In this document: positions 8,860-19,059 of the stretch, piece after piece | Numbering within the stretch: the stretch's first letter is position 1 | Layout of the letters: the number at the start of each line of letters is the position of its first letter | Notes under the pieces: model-generated | What the model was told of the DNA's origin: nothing | The model's database searches: none | What the model saw: only the letters and a program-made list of their open reading frames with translations | Sequence record: SRR20825010_848 | DNA: 36,859 bases | Strand: one strand, 5' to 3' | Program-made: the position numbers and the translations under genes

Positions 8860-10365
8860 ATGAGTTTAAAATCATTTACAGCAAAAATATTTGCCAAGAA
8901 TATCGCGAAGAAAACTGCCAAATGGGTAAACAATCCCATTCAAACCCAGGAGGAGGTATTTCAATCGCTTATATCCAATGCCAAAAATACCGACTTTGGA
9001 AAGGATCACAATTTTTCACAGATAAAATCGCATTCCGACTTCGCCAAAAAGGTTCCTATAAGGGACTATGAAGAATTAAAGGGATATGTAGAGAAAGTAG
9101 TAGCTGGTCAGAAAGATATATTATGGCCCGGTAAACCTGCCTATTTTGCCAAAACTTCAGGGACCACATCCGGGGTTAAATACATCCCCATTACCCACGA
9201 ATCCATTAAGTACCAAGTTGAGGCTTCGCGAAACGCCATATTGAATTATATTCATGAAACGGGAAATGCCGATTTTGTGGATGGAAAAATGATCTTTCTT
9301 CAGGGAAGTCCCGAAATGAAAGAAAAAAACGGGATTAAGATCGGTAGATTATCGGGAATATCTGCCCACTATGTTCCCAATTATCTACAAAAAAACCGAT
9401 TGCCAAGTTGGGAGACCAATTGTTTGGCGGACTGGGACAGCAAGGTGAACAAAATTGTCGAGGAAACAGTGAACCAAAACATGACGGTGATTGCGGGGAT
9501 ACCCTCCTGGGTTCAAATGTATTTTGAAAAACTGAACGCAAAGACGGACAAAAAAATAGGTGATCTGTTCAAAAATTTTCAACTCTTCATCTACGGTGGG
9601 GTAAACTACGAACCTTATCGTGCAAAATTTGAGAACCTCATAGGTCGCAGGGTAGATAGTATTGAACTATTCCCGGCAAGTGAGGGATTCTTTGCCTACC
9701 AAAATTCACAAAAAGAAAATGGTATGCTTTTATTATTGAATTCGGGCATCTTCTATGAGTTTGTCAAGGCCGATGAATTCTTTGTTGACAATCCCAACCG
9801 TATTACCCTAAGCGATGTGGAAGTGGGAGTTAATTACGTCATGATCATATCTACAAATGCCGGATTATGGGCTTACAATCTTGGAGATACCATTCAGTTT
9901 ATTTCCTTAAAGCCCTTTAAAATCATTGTTTCCGGGAGAATTAAACATTTTATATCCGCGTTTGGGGAGCATGTTATAAGTAAGGAAGTGGAAGAAGCCA
10001 TGAAACAGGCCATAGAGGGTACAGATGCCAGTATAAACGAATTTACCGTGGCCCCACAAATTAATCCGGAAGAAAAAGAACTTCCTTATCACGAATGGCT
10101 AATCGAATTTGAACATCCCCCGTCGGACATCAAAAAATTCATAAGCATCTTGGATAAATCTTTGCAGCAGCAAAACACTTATTATTTTGATTTAATTGAA
10201 GGCAAAATTCTCCAAACCTTAAAAATTACCCAAATAAAAAAAGATGGGTTTCAAGAATATATGAAGTCTATTGGAAAGTTGGGAGGTCAGAACAAAGTGC
10301 AGCGCTTGTCCAATGACAGAAAAGTAGCCGATGGATTAAGAAGCTGGTCAATAATGAAGAACTGA
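8860..10365 (+). CDS. GH3 family (auxin-responsive-like) acyl-adenylate/amido synthetase homologue
   Basis: ANL/GH3 motifs KTSGTTSGVKYIP, ELFPASEGFFA, AGLWAYNLGD, GRIKH, GGQNKVQRL. Confidence 0.88.
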   Translation: MSLKSFTAKIFAKNIAKKTAKWVNNPIQTQEEVFQSLISNAKNTDFGKDHNFSQIKSHSDFAKKVPIRDYEELKGYVEKVVAGQKDILWPGKPAYFAKTSGTTSGVKYIPITHESIKYQVEASRNAILNYIHETGNADFVDGKMIFLQGSPEMKEKNGIKIGRLSGISAHYVPNYLQKNRLPSWETNCLADWDSKVNKIVEETVNQNMTVIAGIPSWVQMYFEKLNAKTDKKIGDLFKNFQLFIYGGVNYEPYRAKFENLIGRRVDSIELFPASEGFFAYQNSQKENGMLLLLNSGIFYEFVKADEFFVDNPNRITLSDVEVGVNYVMIISTNAGLWAYNLGDTIQFISLKPFKIIVSGRIKHFISAFGEHVISKEVEEAMKQAIEGTDASINEFTVAPQINPEEKELPYHEWLIEFEHPPSDIKKFISILDKSLQQQNTYYFDLIEGKILQTLKITQIKKDGFQEYMKSIGKLGGQNKVQRLSNDRKVADGLRSWSIMKN

Positions 10366-10494
10366 TAATAAAGCCAGCCATTATTTTTCAATATTTACTA
10401 TTATTGATTACCTAAAAGTCTAAATTTATAATTTTAGTGTTGGCAAGTGAACTGATAAAAGCTCCACAGGAAATAAAATAAACAATATAAATTG

Positions 10495-10502
10495 TAGTTT
10501 TG
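10495..10502 (+). promoter_or_regulatory. Bacteroidota -7 promoter element
   Basis: TAGTTTTG, 14 bp upstream of the ATG at 10517. Confidence 0.6.
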
Positions 10503-10516
10503 CACGAAATCTGCTT

Positions 10517-12202
10517 ATGAGTAAATCCGTTAATACTACCAGGGCACAAGATTCCACCAATGCCATTGAACGCTTGTACATAACAATGCGGCATCTCTTT
10601 AACCGTGGATTTTACAAGCCTTCAGGTGTTTCCGGAGCAACCTTAAGACAGTCCCTTTTACAGCTACGCCCTGAAATATACGGTTCTATTGCTGAGGAAA
10701 AAGCCGAGCTAAACGGGCTAATGTACGTTTTGGAAAGATTGCCGGAAGGCATAGAACAATGCAGATTTATAAACCTCACTTCAGATGAAGGTTATGCCGA
10801 TTCCCAATTTAAGCCCATTATTCCACCAAAAAGACGCAGAAACTGTTACAGGATAGATGACGAACAGATGAATATTGAGATAACCCGTGGCAGATCCGAC
10901 ATTTACGATATTCTAACCCATCTCACCTTTTTATTTATCGAATCCGAGAAAATTAGTAAAAAAGTCCTTATAGAGGACACGGATAAGACCATAAGGGACT
11001 GGGTAAAATTGGAACAGGCTGCGAATAAAGATGAACTTAGCCAAAGGGAAAGGGAAGTAGCCTTAATACATATGGCCAATATTTTGGGAAGACCCTTTAT
11101 TGAGGTAATGGCCATTCACAAAAAACTTTCTACGACAGCCGATCCAGAACGATTTTTAAAAATTATCTATTGGCTGGGCAAGCTGGCTATTGAGGAGGAA
11201 ACAACTGGAAACAAAAGGGCGATAACTTTTAGTCCTATGTTGCGGGAGCGCCTGGGACACCATATCCATGGGGAGCGTTGGGCCAATAGGATTAAGGAAA
11301 CATTGCAAGAAAATGGGCTTATGGAACGACCCATACATATTATAAGTGCAAATATGCACAGCGTAATGAATTCATTGTTCGCCAAAAAGGCATTGTCCAA
11401 AACCTTGGCAGGAAAGACAAAATTGGAGATATATGAGGCTTTGAGCATCCCCAAAAACTCCAGTTTAAGGGAAAAAGTAATTGCCCTAGCTAAAAAAAAC
11501 GGAATGATTGCCATTGATGACGTTTCTGGCACCAATATAGACGTACAAATTTTTGACATGTCAAAATTGGGTAAAGGCGCATGTTGTTACGAATTACCTA
11601 AAAGCTGTCAAGAAAATGAAAAACCTGTTATCTTTGTTATGGACTATGCTTTTGGAGAACAGGCCTATGAAACCATTGATGAATTATTGAAACCTTATAG
11701 GGTTAAAAAAAACCAAGAAGTATTTTTAAATGTGGCTTCCATAACCATAATGGGAAAAGCAGGTATTCTGGAAGGAGGAAAAGGGGACATTATGATTCCT
11801 GATGCCCATATTTTTGAGGGGACCGCAGATAATTACCCTTTTGAAAATGAATTGCGAAAAGAGGATTTCGAAGGCAATGGACTAAAAGTTTTACAAGGAG
11901 CCATGGTAACCGTATTGGGAACATCCTTGCAAAATAGGGACATCCTAAAATTCTTCCATGAATCTACCTGGAACGTAATTGGATTGGAAATGGAGGGTGT
12001 TCATTATCAGAAGGCCATACAATCGGCTTCCAAAATTAGAAAAAGTATTCGGGAAGATGTTAAAGTGCGTTATGCCTATTATGCCTCCGATAATCCTTTG
12101 GAAACAGGTAGTACCTTAGCCTCAGGTGGTTTGGGCACCACAGGGGTTAAGCCCACCTATTTAATAACCGACAAAATACTAACACAAATATTTAATTCCT
12201 AG
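10517..12202 (+). CDS. DUF6909-like conserved protein with a nucleoside phosphorylase/nucleosidase-like C-terminal region
   Basis: C-terminal IMGKAGIL..KGDIMIP, GLEMEG and YYASDNP resemble PNP/AMP-nucleosidase motifs. Family name from recall. Confidence 0.7.
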   Translation: MSKSVNTTRAQDSTNAIERLYITMRHLFNRGFYKPSGVSGATLRQSLLQLRPEIYGSIAEEKAELNGLMYVLERLPEGIEQCRFINLTSDEGYADSQFKPIIPPKRRRNCYRIDDEQMNIEITRGRSDIYDILTHLTFLFIESEKISKKVLIEDTDKTIRDWVKLEQAANKDELSQREREVALIHMANILGRPFIEVMAIHKKLSTTADPERFLKIIYWLGKLAIEEETTGNKRAITFSPMLRERLGHHIHGERWANRIKETLQENGLMERPIHIISANMHSVMNSLFAKKALSKTLAGKTKLEIYEALSIPKNSSLREKVIALAKKNGMIAIDDVSGTNIDVQIFDMSKLGKGACCYELPKSCQENEKPVIFVMDYAFGEQAYETIDELLKPYRVKKNQEVFLNVASITIMGKAGILEGGKGDIMIPDAHIFEGTADNYPFENELRKEDFEGNGLKVLQGAMVTVLGTSLQNRDILKFFHESTWNVIGLEMEGVHYQKAIQSASKIRKSIREDVKVRYAYYASDNPLETGSTLASGGLGTTGVKPTYLITDKILTQIFNS

Positions 12203-12205
12203 TTT

Positions 12206-13264
12206 ATGGCTAATCAACAACCGACGAATAATAGCTCATCCTCATCCGAAGAGGTAGATTTTGGGCAACTGTTTCAATTAATAGGAAACGGACTCAAGAA
12301 ATTTATCCGTTTTATAGGTAATATCTTTAAAGGTATTTTCCATACGATTATCCTATTCCTGCTTTTTTTACAGAAGCATTTTATAAAATTTACGGTTGCG
12401 GCCGTAGTAGGTCTGGCTCTGGGCATCTATTTGGACATGATTAAAACGCCGAAATTTATTTCCACCATGGTTGTGGAACCCAATTTTAACAGTGTTCAAC
12501 AATTGTACAACAATGTAAATTTTTATAATGAGCTGGCTCAAGCAGAAGACTCCACCGCCTTGGCAGAAGCCTTGGATGTAGGTGTTTCCGAAGCTTCAAA
12601 ATTAAAAAAGTTTGTAGTGGAGTCCTATTCGGATGAAAACCAAAAGGTACAACTCTTCGATAAGTTTGTTCGCAGTTTGGATTCGACCACCAAAAAAGCC
12701 ATTGATATGGAGAATTATTTGAAAAATTTCAACTCCATGGATGCAAGATTCCACACCATCTCAGTAACCGCAACGAATAATACGGTTGCCAAAAAAATTC
12801 AGCCTTCTATTATCAAATCCATTTCCCGCAACGAATATTTTCAGTTGCAACAGAGCATCAGTGACCAGAATATAAGTTTACAGGACAGCCTGTATAAAAA
12901 GCAATTAATGGAAGTGGACTCCCTACAGCGGCTTTACAAAAGGGTAATGGAAAAAGAAGCTGAAAAACCGCAACAAGGTACCAATATTAGTCTTGGGGAA
13001 AATGGAGGACAAGAAAACAAGGAATTGGCCTTGATCAACCAGGTAGATAAGTTAAAAGAAAACTTGGTTTTGCTTAATGAAGAACGTGCCAATAAGTCCA
13101 GTATCCTAAACGTAATCTCCGCCTTCCCTAGACGTGGAGTAGAGGTTAAGGGAATACTGAATAGCTATAAATTTTGGATTCCCCTTGGATTTATAGGAAT
13201 TACGCTATTCGTTTTAAGCTTGCTAGATTTAAACAGTTATTTGAAAAACTATAACAAATCATAA
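12206..13264 (+). CDS. Wzz-like polysaccharide chain-length determinant
   Basis: N-terminal EEVDFGQLF, two terminal TM helices flanking a coiled-coil periplasmic region, and location at the head of the polysaccharide locus. Confidence 0.7.
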   Translation: MANQQPTNNSSSSSEEVDFGQLFQLIGNGLKKFIRFIGNIFKGIFHTIILFLLFLQKHFIKFTVAAVVGLALGIYLDMIKTPKFISTMVVEPNFNSVQQLYNNVNFYNELAQAEDSTALAEALDVGVSEASKLKKFVVESYSDENQKVQLFDKFVRSLDSTTKKAIDMENYLKNFNSMDARFHTISVTATNNTVAKKIQPSIIKSISRNEYFQLQQSISDQNISLQDSLYKKQLMEVDSLQRLYKRVMEKEAEKPQQGTNISLGENGGQENKELALINQVDKLKENLVLLNEERANKSSILNVISAFPRRGVEVKGILNSYKFWIPLGFIGITLFVLSLLDLNSYLKNYNKS

Positions 13265-13377
13265 GGTTCCTTGGAATTGAGTTGTGGTTATAAAGATTTT
13301 TCTGGTATTAATTTAAAACTGTTTATTTGATATATTAAAAAGGATTAGAAATTTTATTAAATCAAATAATTTAGAAT

Positions 13378-13923
13378 TTGAAAGCAAAAAAAACGTCAAT
13401 TGAAGGATGTTATATTCTCCAGCCCAATCTTTATGAAGATAATAGGGGCGTTTTTTTTGAATCTTATAATCAAACTATATTCGAAAATATAATTGGAAGG
13501 AGGATTTGCTTTGTACAAGATAACATATCGATATCCCATAAGGGTGTTTTAAGGGGGTTACATTTTCAAAAAGGAATTTATGCCCAAGCAAAACTTATAC
13601 AAGTTCTGAAGGGAAAGGTTTTAGATGTTGTTGTAGACATTAGAAAAGGGAGTCCAACTTTCGGCGAGCATTTCAAAATGAACATATCGGCCAAGAATAG
13701 GACATCCATATTCATGCCCAAAGGAATTGCACATGGATTTTTAGCTTTGACAGATGAGGTCATATTTAACTATAAATGTGATTCATTATACAATCCAAAG
13801 GCAGAAGGAGGTATTTTATATAATGATCCCGAATTATGTATTGATTGGGAAGTTAGAGAGGAAGAATTAATACTTTCTGAAAAAGACTTGAAGTTACCTT
13901 TGCTAAAAGATTTGAATTTATGA
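13378..13923 (+). CDS. rfbC: dTDP-4-dehydrorhamnose 3,5-epimerase
   Basis: DNRGVFFES, VLRGLHFQ, DVVVDIRKGSPTFG, GIAHGF. TTG start. Confidence 0.96.
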   Translation: MKAKKTSIEGCYILQPNLYEDNRGVFFESYNQTIFENIIGRRICFVQDNISISHKGVLRGLHFQKGIYAQAKLIQVLKGKVLDVVVDIRKGSPTFGEHFKMNISAKNRTSIFMPKGIAHGFLALTDEVIFNYKCDSLYNPKAEGGILYNDPELCIDWEVREEELILSEKDLKLPLLKDLNL

Positions 13924-14696
13924 AGCGAGTTTTAGTAACTGGGGCTTCGGGGCAATTGGGACTTAGCTTACAAGATATCCAAAAAGATTTTCAAAACTTA
14001 GAATTGGTTTTTACAAATAAGAATCAATTAGATATTACTAAGGAAACTCAAGTTAAGAAAGCTTTTGAATCTGGAAATTTTGATTATTGCATCAATTGCG
14101 CAGCCTATACAAATGTGGACCAAGCAGAGAAAAGTCCGCAAATAGCCTTCAAAGTGAACGCTGAAGCCGTTAAAAACCTGGCGCTGGCCTGCAAAAACAA
14201 TGACGTCATCATGATTCACATATCCACGGATTATGTGTTTGATGGAGAGAAAAAAAACCCCTATACCGTAAATGACCAGCCAAATCCCATCAATGAATAC
14301 GGAAAATCTAAATGGGAAGGCGAAAAGCACATTAAAGAAATTTTGAAGTTTTTTTTCATTGTGCGTACATCATGGTTATATCATAAAGTGCATGGAAGAA
14401 ATTTTTATAAAACAATACTGGAAAAAGCAAAGAAGGGTGAAGCGATAAGCGTTACTGATGCACAAGTTGGTTGTCCAACTAATGCGTATAATTTAGCACA
14501 ATTCATTTTAGGAATGATTAATCTTGAAGATTCTACTTATGGCATTTCCCATTTTACTGATGGTGAGGCTATGACTTGGTATACCTTTTCAAAGAAAATA
14601 ATTGATGACAACGGCTTGATGGCTTCCGCAAATATTGTTAGGGATAATAATTATCGTAGTTTTGCTAGAAGGCCCAAAAATTCCGTTATAATATAG
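13920..14696 (+). CDS. rfbD: dTDP-4-dehydrorhamnose reductase (short C-terminus)
   Basis: TGASGQLG, NCAAYTNVD, HISTDYVFDG, YGKSK, RRPKNS. Confidence 0.93.
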   Translation: MKRVLVTGASGQLGLSLQDIQKDFQNLELVFTNKNQLDITKETQVKKAFESGNFDYCINCAAYTNVDQAEKSPQIAFKVNAEAVKNLALACKNNDVIMIHISTDYVFDGEKKNPYTVNDQPNPINEYGKSKWEGEKHIKEILKFFFIVRTSWLYHKVHGRNFYKTILEKAKKGEAISVTDAQVGCPTNAYNLAQFILGMINLEDSTYGISHFTDGEAMTWYTFSKKIIDDNGLMASANIVRDNNYRSFARRPKNSVII

Positions 14697-14701
14697 AGAA
14701 T

Positions 14702-15745
14702 ATGAAAATACTAGTAACTGGCGGCGCTGGATTTATAGGTTCGCATGTAGTTAGAAGATTTGTAAACAACTATCCAAATTATATGATCTATAATTTGGAC
14801 TTGCTAACATACGCCGGTAATTTGGCAAATCTAAATGATGTTGAAGCATGTGATAATTATAATTTCATAAAGGGGGATATAACCGATGAGCACTTTATTA
14901 ATTCCATTTTTAAAAAATATGCATTTGACGCTGTAATACATTTAGCGGCTGAAAGTCATGTAGACAGGTCGATAACTGACCCGTTGGCTTTTGCTCGTAC
15001 CAATATTTTAGGCACTATGGTCCTACTGAATGCCTTCAAAAACTTATGGCAAAATCAATGGGAGGGAAAAAGATTTTATCATATTAGCACGGACGAGGTT
15101 TATGGTAGTTTGGGAGAAACAGGTCTTTTCACAGAAAAAAATTCTTATGATCCCAATTCTCCATACTCAGCTTCAAAGGCAAGTTCAGATCACTTTGTAC
15201 GGGCATATGGGGAAACATACGATTTGCCTTATATCATAAGTAATTGTTCCAACAATTATGGGCCGAATCACTTTCCAGAGAAATTAATTCCTTTGTTTAT
15301 TAATAACATTATTCAGGAAAAACCATTGCCCGTTTATGGTGATGGAAATTTCACGAGAGATTGGTTATATGTTAAAGATCATGCAATAGCAATTGATTTA
15401 GCTTTTCATAAAGGGAAAGAACAATCAACCTATAACATTGGAGGTTATAATGAATGGAAGAATATTGATTTGGTGTTGTTGTTGTGCAAACTAATGGATG
15501 AAAGGCTAAACCGGCCAAGTGGAACTTCAAGAAAGCTTATAACCTATGTCAAGGATAGGCCAGGCCATGATTTGCGTTATGCTATTGATGCATCGAAAAT
15601 AACCAAGGAGTTAGGTTGGAAGCCGCTATTGACTTTTGAAGAAGGCCTATCCGAAACCATAGATTGGTATTTAAATAATGAAGGTTGGCTACAAAGTGTT
15701 ACTTCTGGAGAATATTTGGAATACTATAAAAAACAATATCAATAA
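14702..15745 (+). CDS. rfbB: dTDP-glucose 4,6-dehydratase
   Basis: [46 protein letters not shown]. Confidence 0.97.
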   Translation: MKILVTGGAGFIGSHVVRRFVNNYPNYMIYNLDLLTYAGNLANLNDVEACDNYNFIKGDITDEHFINSIFKKYAFDAVIHLAAESHVDRSITDPLAFARTNILGTMVLLNAFKNLWQNQWEGKRFYHISTDEVYGSLGETGLFTEKNSYDPNSPYSASKASSDHFVRAYGETYDLPYIISNCSNNYGPNHFPEKLIPLFINNIIQEKPLPVYGDGNFTRDWLYVKDHAIAIDLAFHKGKEQSTYNIGGYNEWKNIDLVLLLCKLMDERLNRPSGTSRKLITYVKDRPGHDLRYAIDASKITKELGWKPLLTFEEGLSETIDWYLNNEGWLQSVTSGEYLEYYKKQYQ

Positions 15746-15755
15746 ACAAAAGATA

Positions 15756-16631
15756 ATGAAAGGTATAATATTAGCAGGGGGTTCTGGCACAAGACTGCAT
15801 CCACTTACACAAGTTGTTTCTAAGCAATTATTGCCAGTATACGATAAACCTATGATTTATTATCCCCTCTCCGTGCTTATGTTATCTGGGATAAGTGAGA
15901 TATTAATCATTTCTACACCTCATGATTTGCCAAACTTTAAGAAGCTTTTTGGTGATGGGTCCCATTTGGGCCTAAATATTGAATATGCGGAGCAACCAAC
16001 GCCTGATGGTCTAGCACAAGCTTTTATAATTGGCGAAAAATTTATAGGAAATGACGATGTCTGTCTAATTTTGGGGGATAACATTTTTTATGGAGGAGGT
16101 TTACAAAAAATGCTAGCAGAGTCCGTAAGGTTAGTTAAAGAGCAAGAAAATGCTGTAATTTTTGGTTATTACGTTGATGACCCTGAACGTTATGGAGTGG
16201 CTGACTTTGATATAAACGGCGTGGTTTTAGGAATAGAAGAGAAACCTAAAGTTCCAAAATCTAACTACGCCGTTGTAGGTGTCTATTTTTATCCTAATTC
16301 TGTGGTAGAAATCGCAAAGAATGTAAAGCCATCTGAAAGAGGAGAATTGGAAATAACAACAGTAAACCAAACATACCTCAAAATGGGAAATTTGAAAATG
16401 CAAGTGATGAGTCGTGGTTTTGCATGGTTGGATACAGGGACTCACGAGGCCTTAACTGAGGCAACTGAATTTGTAAAGGTTGTGGAAAAAAGAACGGGAT
16501 TAAAAATTGCCTGTATTGAAGAGATTTCATACAGAATGAAATATATTTCGAAGGACCAACTTTTTGAGCTTTCCAAAGCTTATTTAAAAAGCAGTTACGG
16601 TAGATATTTAAAATCATTATATAAGGCTTAA
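15756..16631 (+). CDS. rfbA: Glucose-1-phosphate thymidylyltransferase
   Basis: [42 protein letters not shown]. The real start is the ATG at 15756, not 15678. Confidence 0.97.
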   Translation: MKGIILAGGSGTRLHPLTQVVSKQLLPVYDKPMIYYPLSVLMLSGISEILIISTPHDLPNFKKLFGDGSHLGLNIEYAEQPTPDGLAQAFIIGEKFIGNDDVCLILGDNIFYGGGLQKMLAESVRLVKEQENAVIFGYYVDDPERYGVADFDINGVVLGIEEKPKVPKSNYAVVGVYFYPNSVVEIAKNVKPSERGELEITTVNQTYLKMGNLKMQVMSRGFAWLDTGTHEALTEATEFVKVVEKRTGLKIACIEEISYRMKYISKDQLFELSKAYLKSSYGRYLKSLYKA

Positions 16632-16670
16632 TACTAAATGTCTAAGGAAAAAGTAAGCAATTAAAGTAAA

Positions 16671-18077
16671 ATGGCACAAAAAAATATTAATCTTGCTTTT
16701 TTAAAAAGTGCACTTGACGATACTGAAATTTTGTCAACCCTGGAGTGGATCAAAAAACAAAACGAGCAAGTTCAGGTATCTGTCAAGAAAGTAAATTTTA
16801 AAGCACTTGATAAATGGAAATTCGACAGTGCTCACGGTAATATTAGACATGAGACTGGAAAGTTTTTCTCTATTGATGGTATTAGGATTAATACCACTTG
16901 GGGCAATATTCCAGAATGGGATCAACCAGTGATAAATCAACCTGAAATAGGCTATTTGGGCTTCATAGTTAAGGAAATAGATGACATGTTGATGTTCTTG
17001 ACACAAGCCAAAATTGAACCTGGAAATGTTAATTATGTACAACTTTCGCCAACACTTCAAGCAACGAGAAGTAATTTCCAACAAGCACACAAAGGTAAAA
17101 AGCCGCAATACCTAGATTATTTCAGGAATGCTTCCAAAAAAGAAATTGTAATTGATCAACTTCAATCGGAACAAGGAGCTAGATTTCTAAAAAAAAGAAA
17201 TAGAAATATTATAATCAAAATTGAAGAAGAAATAACTGTTTATGATAATTTCATCTGGCTCACCTTAGGACAGCTTAAGGCACTTATGCAAATTGACAAT
17301 ATTGTTAATATGGATACCAGAACGGTAATATCTGGCATATCTTATGGATATTATAGAGAAGAAACGATTGCATTTTCATCCATTTTAAGTAGAGGAGAGA
17401 ATTATCAAAGTTTGTTCTTGAAGTCTGCATTATCTTCCGAAGGTTCTTTCAATACTTTCCAGGATATTATCAGTTTTATGACAGAGTTAAAGAGTAATAA
17501 TGATTTAACAATTCATTCAGTACCATTAAGTCAAGTAAGAAATTGGATAATTACTCCGGACCAGATCAAACATAGTGATGGTAAATATTTCACGGTTATT
17601 GGCGTTGAAGTGGAAATAGGCAACAGGGAGGTTGTTAATTGGCATCAACCAATGATAGAGCCCGCCCATGAAGGTCTTTGTGCCTTCGTCTGTAAAAAAA
17701 TATACGGAAAGATGCATTTTGCGGTCCAAGCAAAATTAGAATGTGGTAATTATGATGTTTTTGAGTTCGCACCTACCGTACAAACCTTAACTGGGGGATA
17801 TAAAGAAACTTCTAAAAATAGCTTGCCTTTCTTGGATTATATTTTATCTGTCCCCAAGGATAATATTTTATTCGATACTATACAATCTGAAGAGGGAGGG
17901 AGGTTTTATAAGGAGCAGAATAGAAATATTGTTGTAATCGCAGGTGATGAAATTTCAGAAGAACTTCCTCCAAACTTCATATGGATGACTTTAAATCAAA
18001 TTATCCGATTTACTCAATTTAATAATTACATTAATATTCAGGCTAGAAACTTAATCGCATCTATACCATTTACTTAA
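16671..18077 (+). CDS. NDP-hexose 2,3-dehydratase (EvaA/OleV/TylX3 family)
   Basis: Two-repeat architecture: H.TGKFFSI, QPEIGYLG, QAKIEPGN, QLSPTLQATRSN, QSEQGARF.KKRNRN and NMDTRTV, then H.DGKYF, QAKLECG, APTVQ, QSEEGGRFY..QNR. Confidence 0.92.
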   Translation: MAQKNINLAFLKSALDDTEILSTLEWIKKQNEQVQVSVKKVNFKALDKWKFDSAHGNIRHETGKFFSIDGIRINTTWGNIPEWDQPVINQPEIGYLGFIVKEIDDMLMFLTQAKIEPGNVNYVQLSPTLQATRSNFQQAHKGKKPQYLDYFRNASKKEIVIDQLQSEQGARFLKKRNRNIIIKIEEEITVYDNFIWLTLGQLKALMQIDNIVNMDTRTVISGISYGYYREETIAFSSILSRGENYQSLFLKSALSSEGSFNTFQDIISFMTELKSNNDLTIHSVPLSQVRNWIITPDQIKHSDGKYFTVIGVEVEIGNREVVNWHQPMIEPAHEGLCAFVCKKIYGKMHFAVQAKLECGNYDVFEFAPTVQTLTGGYKETSKNSLPFLDYILSVPKDNILFDTIQSEEGGRFYKEQNRNIVVIAGDEISEELPPNFIWMTLNQIIRFTQFNNYINIQARNLIASIPFT

Positions 18078-18084
18078 TATACTA

Positions 18085-19059
18085 ATGACTAAAAAAATAA
18101 ATATAGGAGTAATAGGCTGTGCCAATATCGCTGATAAGTATGTTTTACCTGCTTTACTGCAATCAGCAAATTTTAATATAGTTGGGATTGCCAGTAGAAA
18201 CAAAGAAAAGGCTGATGATTTCGCTGTAAAGTATAGAACCAAAGGCTACCATTCTTACGAAAATCTTTTAGAAAATCCTCTGCTTCAGGCAGTTTACATT
18301 CCGTTGCCAAACAGCATGCATTATGAATGGATTTCAAAATCTTTAGAAATCGGTCTTCATGTTTTGGTGGAAAAGTCAATGGCTTGTAGCTATCCTGATG
18401 TTCTTAAATTAAACAATTTAGCTAAAGAAAAAAACCTAGTTCTTATTGAGAATTTTCAATTCAGATTCCATTCTCAATTGAAATATATTAAAAATTTAGT
18501 GGATGATGGAGCTTTAGGAGAGTTAAGAAGCCTAAGAAGTTGTTTTGGATTTCCTCCATTCCAAGATAAAAATAATATAAGATACAATAAAAATCTTGGT
18601 GGAGGGGCCTTATATGACGCAGGAGCATATCCAATAAAGATATCTCAAATATTTTTAGGGGAGAATTTATATGCAGATTCTGCAGATTTAAGTTTTTCTA
18701 AAAATTCGAATGTAGATATATGGGGAAGCGCATTTTTAAAACATAGAGAAGGGGGAGTAGCGGCTCAATTAGCTTTTGGATTTGATAATTTCTATCAGAA
18801 TAGTCTCGAATTATGGGGAAGTAAAGGAAAACTATTCACCAATAGAATATTTACAGCACCGTCAGAATATGAACCTGTAATAGAGTTGGAGTCGGAGAAG
18901 GGGAAGAAAACCGTAAGGCTATCTCCAGATCATCATTTTGAGAATATGTTAAATCATTTTTTTAATAACATAACTAATAGAGACAACCTTATTTCAGAGT
19001 ACTCCCAAAATATCAATCAAGCAAGGCTAATAAGCGAAATACTTAAATGTGCAGTATGA
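18085..19059 (+). CDS. Gfo/Idh/MocA oxidoreductase, probable NDP-hexose 3-ketoreductase (KijD10/SpnN/OleW-type)
   Basis: IGVIGCANIA, AVYIPLPN.MH.EW, HVLVEKS, GGGALYDAGAYP. Immediately follows the 2,3-dehydratase. Confidence 0.82.
   Translation: MTKKINIGVIGCANIADKYVLPALLQSANFNIVGIASRNKEKADDFAVKYRTKGYHSYENLLENPLLQAVYIPLPNSMHYEWISKSLEIGLHVLVEKSMACSYPDVLKLNNLAKEKNLVLIENFQFRFHSQLKYIKNLVDDGALGELRSLRSCFGFPPFQDKNNIRYNKNLGGGALYDAGAYPIKISQIFLGENLYADSADLSFSKNSNVDIWGSAFLKHREGGVAAQLAFGFDNFYQNSLELWGSKGKLFTNRIFTAPSEYEPVIELESEKGKKTVRLSPDHHFENMLNHFFNNITNRDNLISEYSQNINQARLISEILKCAV

Noticed and set aside
13265-13377. ops/JUMPstart element or invertible promoter ahead of the polysaccharide genes
   Set aside because: No GGCGGTAG-type motif, upxY gene or flanking inverted repeats were recognised.
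15678-15755. N-terminal extension of RfbA
   Set aside because: It overlaps rfbB. The canonical MKGIILAGG start is at 15756.
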